From Octopus bimaculoides (taxonomy: Eukaryota): a DNA stretch of 63,466 bases. The DNA lies in NCBI RefSeq assembly GCF_001194135.2, contig NC_068983.1:136593012-136656477 (forward strand), written 5' to 3'. Below the pieces are notes generated by a model. That model did no database searches, had not been told where the DNA came from, and worked only from the letters and a program-made list of their open reading frames with translations. The stretch's first letter is position 1; each line of letters opens with the position of its first letter. Below are positions 51,735-63,230 of this stretch, in pieces. A program made the position numbers and the translations under genes.

Positions 51735-53077
51735 CTGGGCGTTCCATAAATGGTGCTGAATTTGAAAGGTGAATAATTAAAACAAGTTCTTATAAACATG
51801 TTATATTCTGCATATTTCTAATGAGTTGTGTCTCTCGTTTAGGTATGGAACACAATGTTGGTCATATGGCCACCTGCACTAAGTCTGCATACATTTATGC
51901 ACTCCTTGAAATTTCCGAAAACTCTCTCACAGATGTGTGACCCGATGCTTCCAATCACACGCCTGATTTCAGCCTTGAGTTCAGGAATTGTGTGTGGTTT
52001 CTTGATGTATACCTGTGATTTCACTTACCCCCATTAGAAGAAATCACAAAGGATAAGATTGCAGGACCTTAGTGGCTATTGCTGGTCACCATGCAAGGAT
52101 ATCTATCGCTTTTTGCAGAAATTTTTCATGGAGTAATGGAAGCGTTTGGCACAAAGTGTGACAGGTCACTCCATCCTGCTGAAACCAGAGTTTGCCTATC
52201 TCCATATCTTCCAACTTCAGCCATAACTGAGCAAATATCATGCCTCTGTAACATTCTCCATTAATGGTAACTGCATTCCCCTCATCATTTTCAAAGAAGA
52301 ATGGTCCAAGCACTCCACCTGCCCAAAAACCACACCACACAGTTGCTTTCAGTGGGTGCATTTCATGCTCTTGCGTTATTTGAGGATTTTCATTTCCTTA
52401 AATCTTGCAGTTCTGTTTATTGACAAATCCACTCAAGTGGAAGTGGGCCTCGTCACTGAAGATGATTTTCTTTGCAAAATTTTCATCAGCTGCAAGTCTC
52501 TCCACAACCCAGTCTAAAAATTTCCTCCGCCTCCTGTGGTCAGGTGGCTGAAGATACTGTGTAAGTTGAATTTTGTACACATGCATGTGGAGATCTTAAT
52601 GTAAAATTCAATGTAATGAAGTGGTCGGGATGCCCAACTGCTGCGAATGCCAACAAATCAATTTTCCTGGCCGCAGAGTAACACTGTCTCACACAACAGC
52701 AATTTGTTGCTCTGTCCAACAAGAACAATTCCACCCAGGTGATTTGGCCATTGCAACTAAACCAGCTGTTTTAAACTTCATTATTTGTCTGCAAACTGTA
52801 AACTTGTTGGGTGCTTCATTTCTCCCCCAAAATGGTACAGAATGTTCGAGCTGTTTGCATTGCACTTTTTCCATTTTGGGAAAATATCTTCACGATGAGA
52901 ACGCGTTGCTCAGTTGTAAACTGCTCCATGACACACTGCACACTATTCTGAAAAACAAGCAAAAAACTGTTAACCGGAGTGAAAAGAGATAGCAAATGTG
53001 ATAAAAGCATGCCTTCAAACTTCAAAACACAAAAGTGTTGCCCAATTCAAATTCGGCACTCTTTATGGAACACCCTA
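51735..53077 (-). mobile_element. Degenerate full-length Tc1/mariner transposon, DD41D (rosa-type) family
   Basis: Imperfect TIRs of about 30 nt flanked by TA (51733-34 and 53078-79). Transposase pieces MEQFTTEQRVLIVK, IIFSDEAHFHLSGFVNKQNC, TVWCGFWAGG, WFQQDG and RSCNLILCDFF give 41 residues between the second and third Asp after one frameshift correction; several stops. Confidence 0.9.
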
Positions 53078-54058
53078 TAAAATACTTAGAAACTGTTAGA
53101 ATATTATTAGACATTTGCAGTGAGAATATATAATTAGAATGCAGTGGAAATAGCAATGTACAGTTAGAAGATACTTGAAATAGCAACATGCTGTTAGAAC
53201 ACGCTTAAATAGCAACATAACTGTTAAAATAATATCTTCATATTAAAATACAGGTATGGTTTAGTTTCCATTGAAACATACTATAAAATCCAGTTAAAAT
53301 AACGACAAACAATAAGAATACAGTAAAAATATTTATATCTAGGGATAGAATAACTAGGTTTGTTGGGGGGGGATTAAAATTAGCACATAAAGTTAAATGG
53401 TATATAAAGCAAAATAAGATTTCGTCAAAATTAAAAATTAATGAAAGCTTTGCATTTGGAAGTGATGATTACTCTAACACTACAACATAACTAATCTAAT
53501 TTCATATTAGTCACTTTGTGCACTGGAAAGAACTATAGGTGTATACACCATATATTCAAATATATGTATATTTATGTATATTCATGCACATCCTATATAG
53601 TGTATCATACATTTTAAACATATCTTGATAATAAGGCAAGAGTTTTTAAAAGTAGGTTTCAAAGTGTGGGCATATGTGTGTGTATAGACAGATATAGATG
53701 TATATAAATATATTAAAGAGATAAAGATAATTTTATGCTTTTCTTTGGAAAAATAAGAGTACTTAATACATACTTGAAAAGGAAGTGTATAGTGTTGGGT
53801 TGTGTATAGAATGGATTATTAATCTATACTGGTATATATTACAATCTCAGAGTTTGGATTAAATGAAGCAACTGATAAACAGGTTGACATACTACTTCCT
53901 CCATTCAAAATTATATATTTTGATATAATACAAATTAAAGAACTGATTTCATAATTGATCTTTCTCAATAAACCAGTAAAACTTACTCCACATACAGATA
54001 TATACATCTTTCAGATTATGTAAACATGTATAAATGTTGGCATTTTGTATCTATTCAG

Positions 54059-54179
54059 ATCTTGACTGGTGAGGATTGGAATGAAGTGATGTACAATGGT
54101 ATCAAAGCATATGGAGGTGTCCGCAATGTGGGAGTTCTTGTCTGTCTATATTTTGTTATTCTGTTTATATGTGGTAACT
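54059..54179 (+). CDS. Cav1: Cav1 exon, domain II pore loop and IIS6 start ([40 protein letters not shown])
   Basis: attcag acceptor, U12-type gtatcctt donor, 121 nt, phase 0 to 1, TGEDW filter motif. Confidence 0.96.
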
Positions 54180-55648
54180 GTATCCTTTTTTCTTTTGGAG
54201 ATGGAAAAGAAGATAAGAACCAAATTACCATTTTGTTTCTTTCCTAAAATATATTACATATGTTTGTATTTGTGTATGTGTATACACACACACATGCACG
54301 CATATGCATGTATAGTTTTTTTCTTTATTTTGTAGTATATTCTGTTATTGATTTCATTCATCGGACCATGAGTATACTGAGTCACTGCCTTTTAGGAATT
54401 TATTCAGTCAAATTAATCCCAGTATATATTTTTGTCATGTACTTTATACATCTGTATTTTATCAATTCCTATTTCATTGAATTACTAAGTGACATTTTTG
54501 ACGTAACACCATTTTTACATTACTAAACTAAAACACAGACACATAGACATATACTTAATGTAGTTACTTCCTTCCAGTTTCATGCTCATATCCAGGAATT
54601 TGGACACATTGATCTGTATCACATTATTCAAGCAGAAGTCAAGACTGTTGTGTACTATATGTTGTGTGACATCACCTGTGCTTTTCCAGAAATTGAAATT
54701 AGGTCACTCTTTCTGCTCAGTATTGGTATTGGGTACTTAATGATATATTATTTCTCATATTATTTCTATTGCACTGTTTTGACTTATAACTGAACCGAGT
54801 AGCTCTTTCTAAGATAAACCATGTGATCTGAATGGAATCACCTTCATCTTTCTTTTTGAGGATGATGTACTTCAAGAAGAGTTTAACATATCCAGAAAAA
54901 GATAACAATGTGCCACCACCATTGCATGGCCTATTTTTGCAAACATCCTCTGCACATGGACTGATTTAGATGCTGTACTTAATGATATGCTGAAGCTATA
55001 ACATTTGCAGAGGTTCCTAGGTGATCCTAGAAAGGATGTGATAGATAGTGAGGGGAAGGGTTGACAGTTTTGATTATATATATAAAGATATGCTCACATT
55101 AGAATCAGTACAATGAGGATTGTTAGCATAATTATTTTCATTTGGATATGGTTTAATATTTCAATTTTCAATGTGATGTATCTGTGGACACCACCAATAT
55201 CAATATTACTCTTATCATTAACTGTGCTACTATTTTATGACTCATACGGCCTTATTTTCTTGTTTCAAATTGATTATTCGTTGATAGATTTGGCATCATT
55301 TCCCTCATCTAAAGCTCTAATCACTTACACTTTACTTGTGAGAAGTGCTGGACATAGTTTTGTGGCTACCCTAAACGAGTTAAACTTAGCAAACTTTACT
55401 GACACAGTTCCGTGCTCACACCCAACACCAACGTGTCCAAATAAGTTTATTGGCATAAATTTTTTAAATTCTTTTTAACATCATGGACTCATCTAGAATA
55501 GCTACCTGTTGCTGCTACTTTAGTTAGTATACCCATTGAAGAAGATGCATTCTAATTAGAAAAAAGCTTCCTTTTTTCCCCATTGATTTGTGTTTTGCTG
55601 TGCAAAAAAACTTTATTAAATGTTAAGTGTCCTTGACTACTATCTAAG
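54180..55648 (+). promoter_or_regulatory. U12-type (minor spliceosome) GT-AG intron within IIS6
   Basis: 5' site GTATCCTT (54180-54187); branch sequence TCCTTGAC (55630-55637) with its A 12 nt from the AG (55647-55648); no polypyrimidine tract; the junction restores CGN-Y-ILLN. Confidence 0.9.
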
Positions 55649-55809
55649 ATATCCTGTTGAATGTCTTCTTGGCTATCGCTGTGGACAACTTGGCAGACGC
55701 TCAGTCCCTCACTGAGATTGAGCAAGAGAAAGAAGAAGAAAAAGAACGAAGCCGCTCTATACGTAGATCTAAGAGTAAATCTCCTGAAGCAAAAGGAGGA
55801 GAAGAAAAT
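55649..55809 (+). CDS. Cav1: Cav1 exon, IIS6 end and II-III linker ([54 protein letters not shown])
   Basis: ctaag acceptor, gtaagc donor, 161 nt, phase 1 to 0. Confidence 0.95.
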
Positions 55810-55884
55810 GTAAGCATGTTATTACAATCATTATTATTATTGTTGCTTCTTTTGTACTTACTTTTTTATATTTTATACAGTTGG

Positions 55885-56632
55885 GCTATGAGATCAACAG
55901 GTGAATTGGACAAGCATTCTTCACATTTGCCAAGCTCACAAAGAGAGTCTGGGAAAACAGAAAAGTGACTGCAAACATCAAGATTGCTGTCTATAAGGTA
56001 TGCATCCATAGTATGCTACTTTAAGGCAGTGAGATGTGGAGCCTGTACTCCAGATAGCAGTGTCTCAATGTCTTCCACTTTCATAATCTGAAATGCATCT
56101 TGGATATTAAGCGAACTGACCACATCAACAACACCAAAGTCCTCAACCATGCCAAGATACCCAGTATACTCACCCTGCTCTAGCAACGTCATCTGCACTG
56201 GTTCAGTCTTGTACATTGCATGCCAGGTGGGAAGATACCAAAAGACCTGTATGGGGAATTGGCCACTGGCACAAAACCACAAGGACAACCTCATCTTCAT
56301 TTCAAGGACATATGCAAGAGAGATATGAAGTCACTTGATGGGAGAGGGTCACAAATTATCCCCCATGCTGGAGACAAATACTACAATAGGGGATGAAGCA
56401 AAGGAAAGAAAAACAGGAACTCATCACCAAAGAAAAGTACACTTGATGAAAGGAAAAATCAGTAGCACTGGCAGAGAGCTCCTTCAAATGCGGTCACTGA
56501 ATATGTGATTGCCACTCCCATGTGGGCCTCTATAGCCACAACAGATGCTGCACCACCATCAGCAGTGACATGGGTTCTTTGGACACAGATCCATGGCCTC
56601 TTGAGATCAACGGATGTCCACTACTACTACTA
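55885..56632 (+). mobile_element. 3' part of a third RTE family (BovB-like), (CTA)n tail
   Basis: [60 protein letters not shown]. Confidence 0.8.
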
Positions 56633-56634
56633 GT

Positions 56635-57015
56635 TGGGCCCAAGCTATGGGTCCGAAGACAGCATTTGATTGACAGCACTCTCCATAGTATGTGAGCTGT
56701 TCTAAGTTGTCTGATCTTCTGGACTGAATGAATATTGATGTTTCCTGAAATATGTTTTGTGAACTTTTCCATTACCTTTTCCATGATTCCTAGTGCTCTA
56801 ATGACCATGGATATCATTTTGGTCTTCTTATTCTGTATCTTATTGATTTTGATTTCCAGGTTTTTGTATTTGCTCAGTTTCTCTATAACTTCACATGTAG
56901 GTGTTTCTTTAAGAAGGTATTGTAATGTTAATAAGTATACACCTCCTGTCCTTCTTGTCCATGATAATGATGTCACACTTGTTGATTGCTTTAATTCTCT
57001 GTCAGTGTAGATATG
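56635..57015 (-). mobile_element. R4/Dong-like LINE restriction-like endonuclease C-terminus
   Basis: IYTDRELK..EKLSKYKNLEI..MVIRALGI..HISGNINI..QK..TAHILWRVLSIK. Confidence 0.8.
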
Positions 57016-57426
57016 CATACGTCAGCATATAGTAACATCATTGCATTAATCCTAAATGTATTAACACCCTCATAATTGAAACCTCAGTCCTGGAGTGAAG
57101 TTTTTCTTTGTAAAGTGTAAGCAGAACATTAACACTTGGTTTATTATTTTTATTTATTAGTTTGTATTTGGAGTTTTGTCCATTAATCATTTGTCTAATA
57201 TATGAAAGGACTTTACATAATGTATCATAAGATCTTATGAGACAACACACATTATTCAATTTCAATGTTTGAAGAATATATTGTTTGGATATTTTTCTAA
57301 AGCATGAATTGAGAGGAATTATGTTAGAGAAAATATTCAAGGAACAATAATCTGAAATCATAAGATATTTAAATTATTTGTTGACTTAGTTTTCTCTTTG
57401 ATAAAATTTTCAATTTTTAATTTCAG

Positions 57427-57473
57427 AATGAAGGAGAAAAAAGTAATGAACTTGCAGAAAAATTAGATTCTCG
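57427..57473 (+). CDS. Cav1: Cav1 exon, II-III linker (NEGEKSNELAEKLDS)
   Basis: tttcag acceptor, gttagt donor, 47 nt, phase 0 to 2. Supported mainly by splice signals and phase fit; homology is weak. Confidence 0.75.
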
Positions 57474-58419
57474 GTTAGTGTAATTTTCTATTTCCCAAAA
57501 TATACAGATTCTTTTATTAACTACTACTAAATTTCTCTGCATAAAATTACAAAAATAGATAACATTAATTCATTCTAAAAATGACTAATATATGGTAAAT
57601 TCATTTTGGTAGTTCTGGAAAAAATGTATTATAATTATTATAAATAAAATGCACATCAAATTTAGCCTTTTGAAGTTTATAGCTACCAATGACTGACTTA
57701 TATATGGAATTTAATAGAATATTGATGATATTGAAACAAATCATTGCATAAAATCATACAAGAGAAACAATCCTGTCAGAAGATAGTTGATTAATTTCTC
57801 TGAAAGGTTAATTAACAAGAATACTTGAAATGTATAAAATAAAGAATTACAGTAACATGTGTTTACTTAACATTCTAATTTCATTAAATCTCACTCCTTC
57901 ATATTCATAATTTATATCTTGTGGTTTGAAGATTGAAGAGACCACCAGTCACAAGTAGTTTTCTTATATAAAGAAGGAATGGCACTTACTCCGTCATGGA
58001 CTGATGTCAAGAAATAGGTGCTTACTTTGGAAAATTAAATTATTAAATATCTTATTAGTTTATGAAATATATTTTAATTCAATATTTATCACATTAAATG
58101 AATTAAGATTGGTCAGTAATAAAGGGAGAGAGAGAGAAGGAATTCGAACTATGAGTAGTAAACTACGAAATTCTTACATTCTCTCAATTTCCTGTAATTC
58201 AGACTGCCTCATAGTCCCAGCAGACAAAATGGAAAAGGCACTGCCCCTGGAGGATGGCAAGGCAGATGTGCTGGAACAGCCACTCTGATAAAACGGCTTG
58301 CACTTATGGATAGCCATCTCTGCCCTAACAGCGGTGAGCAGGGATATGGTCCAGGGGCCAAGAACACCAATGAAGGAATCTAGTTGTAAAAAAGCACTTC
58401 AAAAATAGAGGAAGTAACT

Positions 58420-58720
58420 GGGGACAACATACAGGATGAAAAACAAAAAAAAATACAATCCCTTAAAATTTTAAATTACAAGAATTTGGGGTGTGAAAAC
58501 TGTACAGGTTGTGCTTATAATAATTGGTGCATTGGGAACTGTAAGCAAAGATGTAGACAAAATGGTTGAAAAAGATTGAAATACAATGTCTTGTAAAGCT
58601 TCTGCAGGAAGTTGGCCTATTAGAGACAGGAAAGATTATCAGGAGGGTTCTAAGCACTTGAAAGACTATATAAGGTTACAGGTAGTAACCTGCTACCTAC
58701 ATAAATCCTACAAGGAATAA
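58420..58720 (+). mobile_element. R4/Dong-like LINE C-terminal remnant
   Basis: RIWGVK..IIGALGTVSK..LQEVGLLETGKIIRRVLS. Confidence 0.7.
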
Positions 58721-58946
58721 GACTGAACCTGTGTCAAATCAATAATACCAGGCATGTGCCTGGTCTATCCTTATCAGGCAGGTAGCCATGATATGTATAT
58801 TGAGCTTCATATTTTTGTATCTCAGTCTCACTTTGCTGTCATGCATTACTCTCTCACTCAATAGTAATAATAATACATACATATGCTTTCATACACACAC
58901 ACACATACATACAGTGTTGTTTATTTGTATTATTGTATTATAACAG

Positions 58947-59038
58947 GGAACCTCATGATGACCAACATATCCGGATAGACATAAATTCTGATGAAGTTGC
59001 TGGAGAATATCGAGAAAACACACAGATTCCCAGCCAAG
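58947..59038 (+). CDS. Cav1: Cav1 exon, II-III linker (EPHDDQHIRIDINSDEVAGEYRENTQIPSQ)
   Basis: taacag acceptor, gtaaca donor, 92 nt, phase 2 to 1. Open frame and phase fit; homology is weak. Confidence 0.75.
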
Positions 59039-59546
59039 GTAACAGAATACTGAGAAACTTATAAAAATATTATCTGTATATACTATATTAAATCATTTTA
59101 TTTATTCATTTCTTATTACATACGTTTCACTTACTGAATTATTTTCTTGTTATAGTTTTAAAGCTTGTGAAATATAAGTGATTTTAGCTGTAAGGTTTGA
59201 ATTTATGGTATTTAAACTTCTTAACACTTTGATCTATAAAAAAAAACAAGTTACAATGGTTAAGAAAACATAGCTTTTAAGGTTTTGGTAAGCATTTCCA
59301 ATCTGTAATTGTAAAATTTCTCTTATATTGTCTATGGGTTTTGAAAAAAACAGGAATGTTAATCAATCAAATTTCATTTTTTCCATAACTGTGTGACTTT
59401 GTGCCTTTAAGAAACATGCTGTAAGTTAAAGCTTGTATTTTCCACTGAAGCACATAAATTTTATTTTAAGGTCCAGCATCTACTCCACTATGTCATTTTA
59501 CAAAGAAAATAATAATTCTTTTCTAACCTGTTTGCTTGTCTTTCAG

Positions 59547-59724
59547 AAGAAGAAATACCTGATGAAGAGCATGCAACTGAAGATGAAGAGACAACAGGAG
59601 AGGATGATGAATCAGATGCTGCAGCAACTGCTCGACCACAGAGAATGTCGGAAGTAAAAATGAACGACAAAGTGAAACCAATTCCAAAAGCTAGTGCATT
59701 ATTTGTGTTTTCCCATGATAACAG
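59547..59724 (+). CDS. Cav1: Cav1 exon, end of II-III linker (EEEIPDEEH...ARPQRMSEVKMNDKVKPIPKASALFVFSHDN)
   Basis: tttcag acceptor, gtaata donor, 178 nt, phase 1 to 2; matches the conserved RPxxLSE...P(I/M)PxxSAFFIFSxxN pattern before IIIS1. Confidence 0.93.
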
Positions 59725-59787
59725 GTAATAAGATTGATGGTAGCTGAAAGATGGAAAGAAAGGGAGTTGATTAAGAAGGATATCTAT

Positions 59788-59828
<41 letters not shown>

Positions 59829-59829
59829 C

Positions 59830-60715
59830 ATTGTTTAACGTCTGCTTTTCATGCTAGCATGGGTTGGACGATTTGACTGAGGACTGGCGAACCAGGNNNN
59901 NNNNNNATAATAATCATTGTTTAACGTCTGCTTTTCATGCTAGCATGGGTTGGACGATTTGACTGAGGACTGGCGAACCAGGTGGCTACACCAGGCTCCA
60001 ATCTGATTTGGCAGAGTTTCTACAGCTGGATGCCCTTCCTAATGCCAACCACTCCGAGAGTGTAGTTAGTGCTTTTACGTGCCACCAGCACGAAGGTCAG
60101 TCAGGCGGTACTGACAATGGCCACGCTCGAAATGGTGTATTTTACATGCCACCTGCACAGGAGCCAGTCCAGTGGTACTGGCAACGATCTCACTTGAATG
60201 TCTTTTCATATGCCACTGTCACAAGTACCAGGAAGGCGACGTTGGTAACGATCACGCTCAAATGGTGCTATTTACATACCATCGGCACGGAAGCCAGACA
60301 GCTGGTGCTCTGGCAATGGTCACGCTCAGACGGTGCTCTTAGTGATCCACTGGTACAGGTGCCATCACAATTTCGCTTTCGCTTGCCCCAACAGGTCTTT
60401 GCAAGCCGAGTTTAGTGTTCAATGAAAGCGACGTTGGCATGGGTGCCAGTCTACAAATTTAGTTCGATTTCGATTTCACTTGCCTCAACAGGTCTTCACA
60501 AGCGGAGTTTAGTGTCCAATGAAGGAATGATACATGTAAGTGGGCTGGCTACATCCCTGGCAGAGGCCTTGGATTTTGGTCTCACTTGGCTTGCCGGGTC
60601 TTCTTACACACAGCATATTTCCAAAGGTCTCGGTCACAAGTCATTGCCTCGGTGAGGCCTAATGTTCAGAGGTCGTGCTTCACCACCTCATCCCAGGTCT
60701 TCCTGGGCCTGCCTA
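59830..60715 (-). mobile_element. RTE 3' end (ORF end, about 110-nt duplication, about 66-nt minisatellite, tail)
   Basis: GRPRKTWDEVVKHDL..LGLTEAMTCDRDLWKYAV; same UTR layout as 7235-8007. Confidence 0.88.
59897..59906. other. Assembly gap (10 N) with duplicated flanks
   Basis: About 75 nt before the gap is repeated after it. Confidence 0.95.
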
Positions 60716-60724
60716 ATAATAATA

Positions 60725-60910
60725 ATAATAATAGTAATAATAATTCTTTCTACTATAGGTGCAAAGCCCAAAATCTGGATGGGAGGTCTAGTCTATTACA
60801 TCAACCCCAGTGTTCAACTGGTACTCATCTCTTATTGACTCCAAAATGATGAATGGCAAAGTTAACCTCAGTAGCATTTGAACTCTGAACATAAGACAGA
60901 CAAAATGCTG
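60725..60910 (-). mobile_element. Deu/Nin-like tRNA SINE after (AAT)n
   Basis: caaccccagtgttcaactggtactc..gatgaatggcaaagttaacctcagtagcatttgaactctgaac. Confidence 0.6.
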
Positions 60911-62194
60911 GTAGTGGTAGCAGCAGCAGCAGTTAATAAATAAATATATAATCATTATTATTATCATTATTATGACAGTGGAAGTCCAGAAATATCTTGA
61001 AATTTTTAATTATATCTGTTTGTCAGTGTTAAATCTTGCCATTATCTATTTAGGCTTTCATTTCTTTACAGTCTTAGAGATGTTCATCAGAGGCAAGACC
61101 ATCTAGTGAAGGGGCACTAAAACATACATTAGGTGGATCATCATTAGAATGATAGCTAAAGAAGCTAATAATTATTGAAATTTATTACATATTGATTGCA
61201 GTTAAACTAACAGATGGATGGCCCGTTAAAGTGGTATCAAATGGCGGTTCTTAATGTTATATTAGAAGGCAGCTTAGTAGAAAGATACCAGACGACTATC
61301 CATTAAAAAACAATACAGTACCAGTAGAAATAAAGTCAGATGAATTGGATGGCTACATGATATTACATGGATGGCTGTGGATTCTACCTGTCCACTTTGC
61401 ACTGAGGGATAAAGTATTGATGAAGCCATTTATCTATCAGCTAGATCCAGCTAAGCAGTTTCCTTCAGAAAATACACCGAGCAGAGAGATGAAGTTAATA
61501 GACTTTAATTAGCTAGCTTTCAAAAAGAAAAGAAAAAGTAGGGAAAACATTATTCCACTATCATAAGTAAGATATTGATTCTTTTCTCTGTTAATGTAGA
61601 ATCTAGTTTACACTGATAAAGTAACCAGTTGAGTTCCATATGAATATAATTATGAATTAATTTGTTTAGCTGAAATAGGTTTTCCATAACTGTTTTCAAT
61701 AATTCTTCTTTTGCTCTAGAAATTATTATTTAATGCTTCAAATTAGTTATGATATTAGAGTTTTGAAAGATGAAATTTAATTACTATCTTGATGACTTCG
61801 TAACTGCTTCTCGAGTTATTGTACTGGAAATAATGTCTGTTTTTTTTTTAATGTTTGGTGTCTTAGGATCATTTTAATAGCCTTAGCAGGCAGCTAACTG
61901 CTGTTTAAAAAAAGTGTCCTGCATAGAATTAACAGAATTCAAGTAGCACTGTGACAAAAACAGACTAATTTAGTCACAAGACCAGCAGTTGTTTTTTTTT
62001 CTTTTAACGTAATGGGATTTGTTATTATCATCAACTCCGATTCTTGACTGCTGCTTTATTTTATTGACCCTATTAGGATGAAAGGCAAAGTTGACACCTC
62101 ATCAAAATTTAAAAAGCCAGAACAAATACCACAATACGTTTTATTTACATTATTTACGTTTGATGGATATTTGTCCTCATCTTGTTTGTTGTTT

Positions 62195-62239
62195 ACACAA
62201 CGTTTCAGCTGATATACCCTCCAGCCTTCATCAGGTGTC
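62195..62239 (-). ncRNA. Minimal type I hammerhead ribozyme motif, intact core
   Basis: GACAC-CUGAUGA-A-GGCUG-gaggguauau-CAGCU-GAAAC-GU-U-GUGU: stems I and II pair, and stem III is the ACGU palindrome. Confidence 0.75.
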
Positions 62240-62519
62240 TTAGGGAAACTTTGAGCCTGGGTTCTCATTCCTAAGGTATTTTTCGATGTTGTTGTTGTTA
62301 TTATTATTATTGAGTGAGAGAGCAGTGCATGCCATTGAAGTGACACTGGGGTAAAATATACAAAGCCCATTATACCCATCATGACTACCCATCTGATAAG
62401 GGTACACCAGGCACATGCATCACAACCATATGTGCACGACATGGTGATCTCATATCATCAGGTCACTGCCTGGAATCGAACTCAGAATCTTGGGGTTAGT
62501 AGCCCAACTGGTGAAGCAC

Positions 62520-63034
62520 TATCTGTGACTCAAGAAAAACTAGTGACAGACACCCATCTACTAGAACGCACTAGTATGCCAATAAGCAACTTGATGGAAA
62601 TGTTAACCTTCTGTGTAGAAACTACCTATTTCAGTATGGACACTGATATATATCGACATAGAAAAGGGTTTAGCTATGGGTTCGCCATTATCACCGATAA
62701 TAGCCAATATATACATGGAATACTTTGAGAATTTGGCTTTAGGATCAACACCACTAAAACCAACCCTATGGCTGCGGTATGTTGATGACACCTTTATTCT
62801 CTGGCCCCACCAGGAAGATGTCCAAGTGCTGTTAGATCATGTGAACTCAATAAAGCCATCTATGCAGTTCACAATGGAAAAGGTAAAAGACAATCAGCTA
62901 GCATTCCTGGATGTATTAATAACATGCACCAAGTATAGATTCAGGACATCCGTATACCACAAGCTGACCTTCACTAGGCAATACCTTAACTTCAATTCCC
63001 ACCATCCATACAGTGTAAAGAGAGGAATTGCTAG
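62520..63034 (+). pseudogene. Penelope-like reverse-transcriptase fragment
   Basis: AMGSPLSPIIANIYMEYFE..WLRYVDDTF..FTME..LAFLDV..VYHK.T..YLNFNSHHP; frameshift near 62665; truncated at both ends. Confidence 0.9.
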
Positions 63035-63090
63035 TGGTTAAGAACACAGGCTACTAACCCCAAGATTCCAAGTTCGATTCCAGGCAGTGA

Positions 63091-63125
<35 letters not shown>

Positions 63126-63172
63126 TTGAAAAATACCTTAGGAATGAGAACCCAGGTTCGAAGTTTCCCCAA

Positions 63173-63218
63173 GACACCTGATGAAGGTTGGAGGGTATGT
63201 CAGCTGAAACATTGTGTT
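63173..63218 (+). ncRNA. Minimal type I hammerhead ribozyme motif, degenerate stem III
   Basis: GACAC-CUGAUGA-A-GGUUG-gaggguaugu-CAGCU-GAAAC-AU-U-GUGUU; ACGU has become ACAU. Confidence 0.6.
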
Positions 63219-63230
63219 AACAACAAACAA

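Larger units (their letters stand above)
21117..59724 (+). other. Cav1: Partial gene span: L-type voltage-gated calcium channel alpha-1 subunit (Cav1 family), 15 coding exons, IS3/IS4 to end of II-III linker
   Basis: The spliced exons give one open frame. Cav1-diagnostic motifs include [34 protein letters not shown] and [20 protein letters not shown], which differ from the Cav2 equivalents. Pore motifs TMEGW and TGEDW and the AID are present. Invertebrate Cav1 is co-orthologous to CACNA1C/D/S/F. Confidence 0.97.

Noticed and set aside
55649-55656. ATATCCTG at the exon start resembling a U12 AT-AC donor
   Set aside because: It is explained by the conserved Y-I-L codons, and using it would remove IIS6.
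59820-59985. Tandem duplications at 59820-59985 and 16675-16740
   Set aside because: Identical sequence lies either side of exactly 10 N, which indicates unmerged contig overlaps.
61052-61100. Possible next Cav1 exon (IIIS1) after a ttacag acceptor
   Set aside because: The frame stops after 16 codons and does not resemble IIIS1; the real exon is probably beyond the window.
63033-63094. tRNA gene (also 62461-62505)
   Set aside because: The 5' acceptor strand is missing and the T-stem is mispaired; this is a SINE-like head, not a tRNA.
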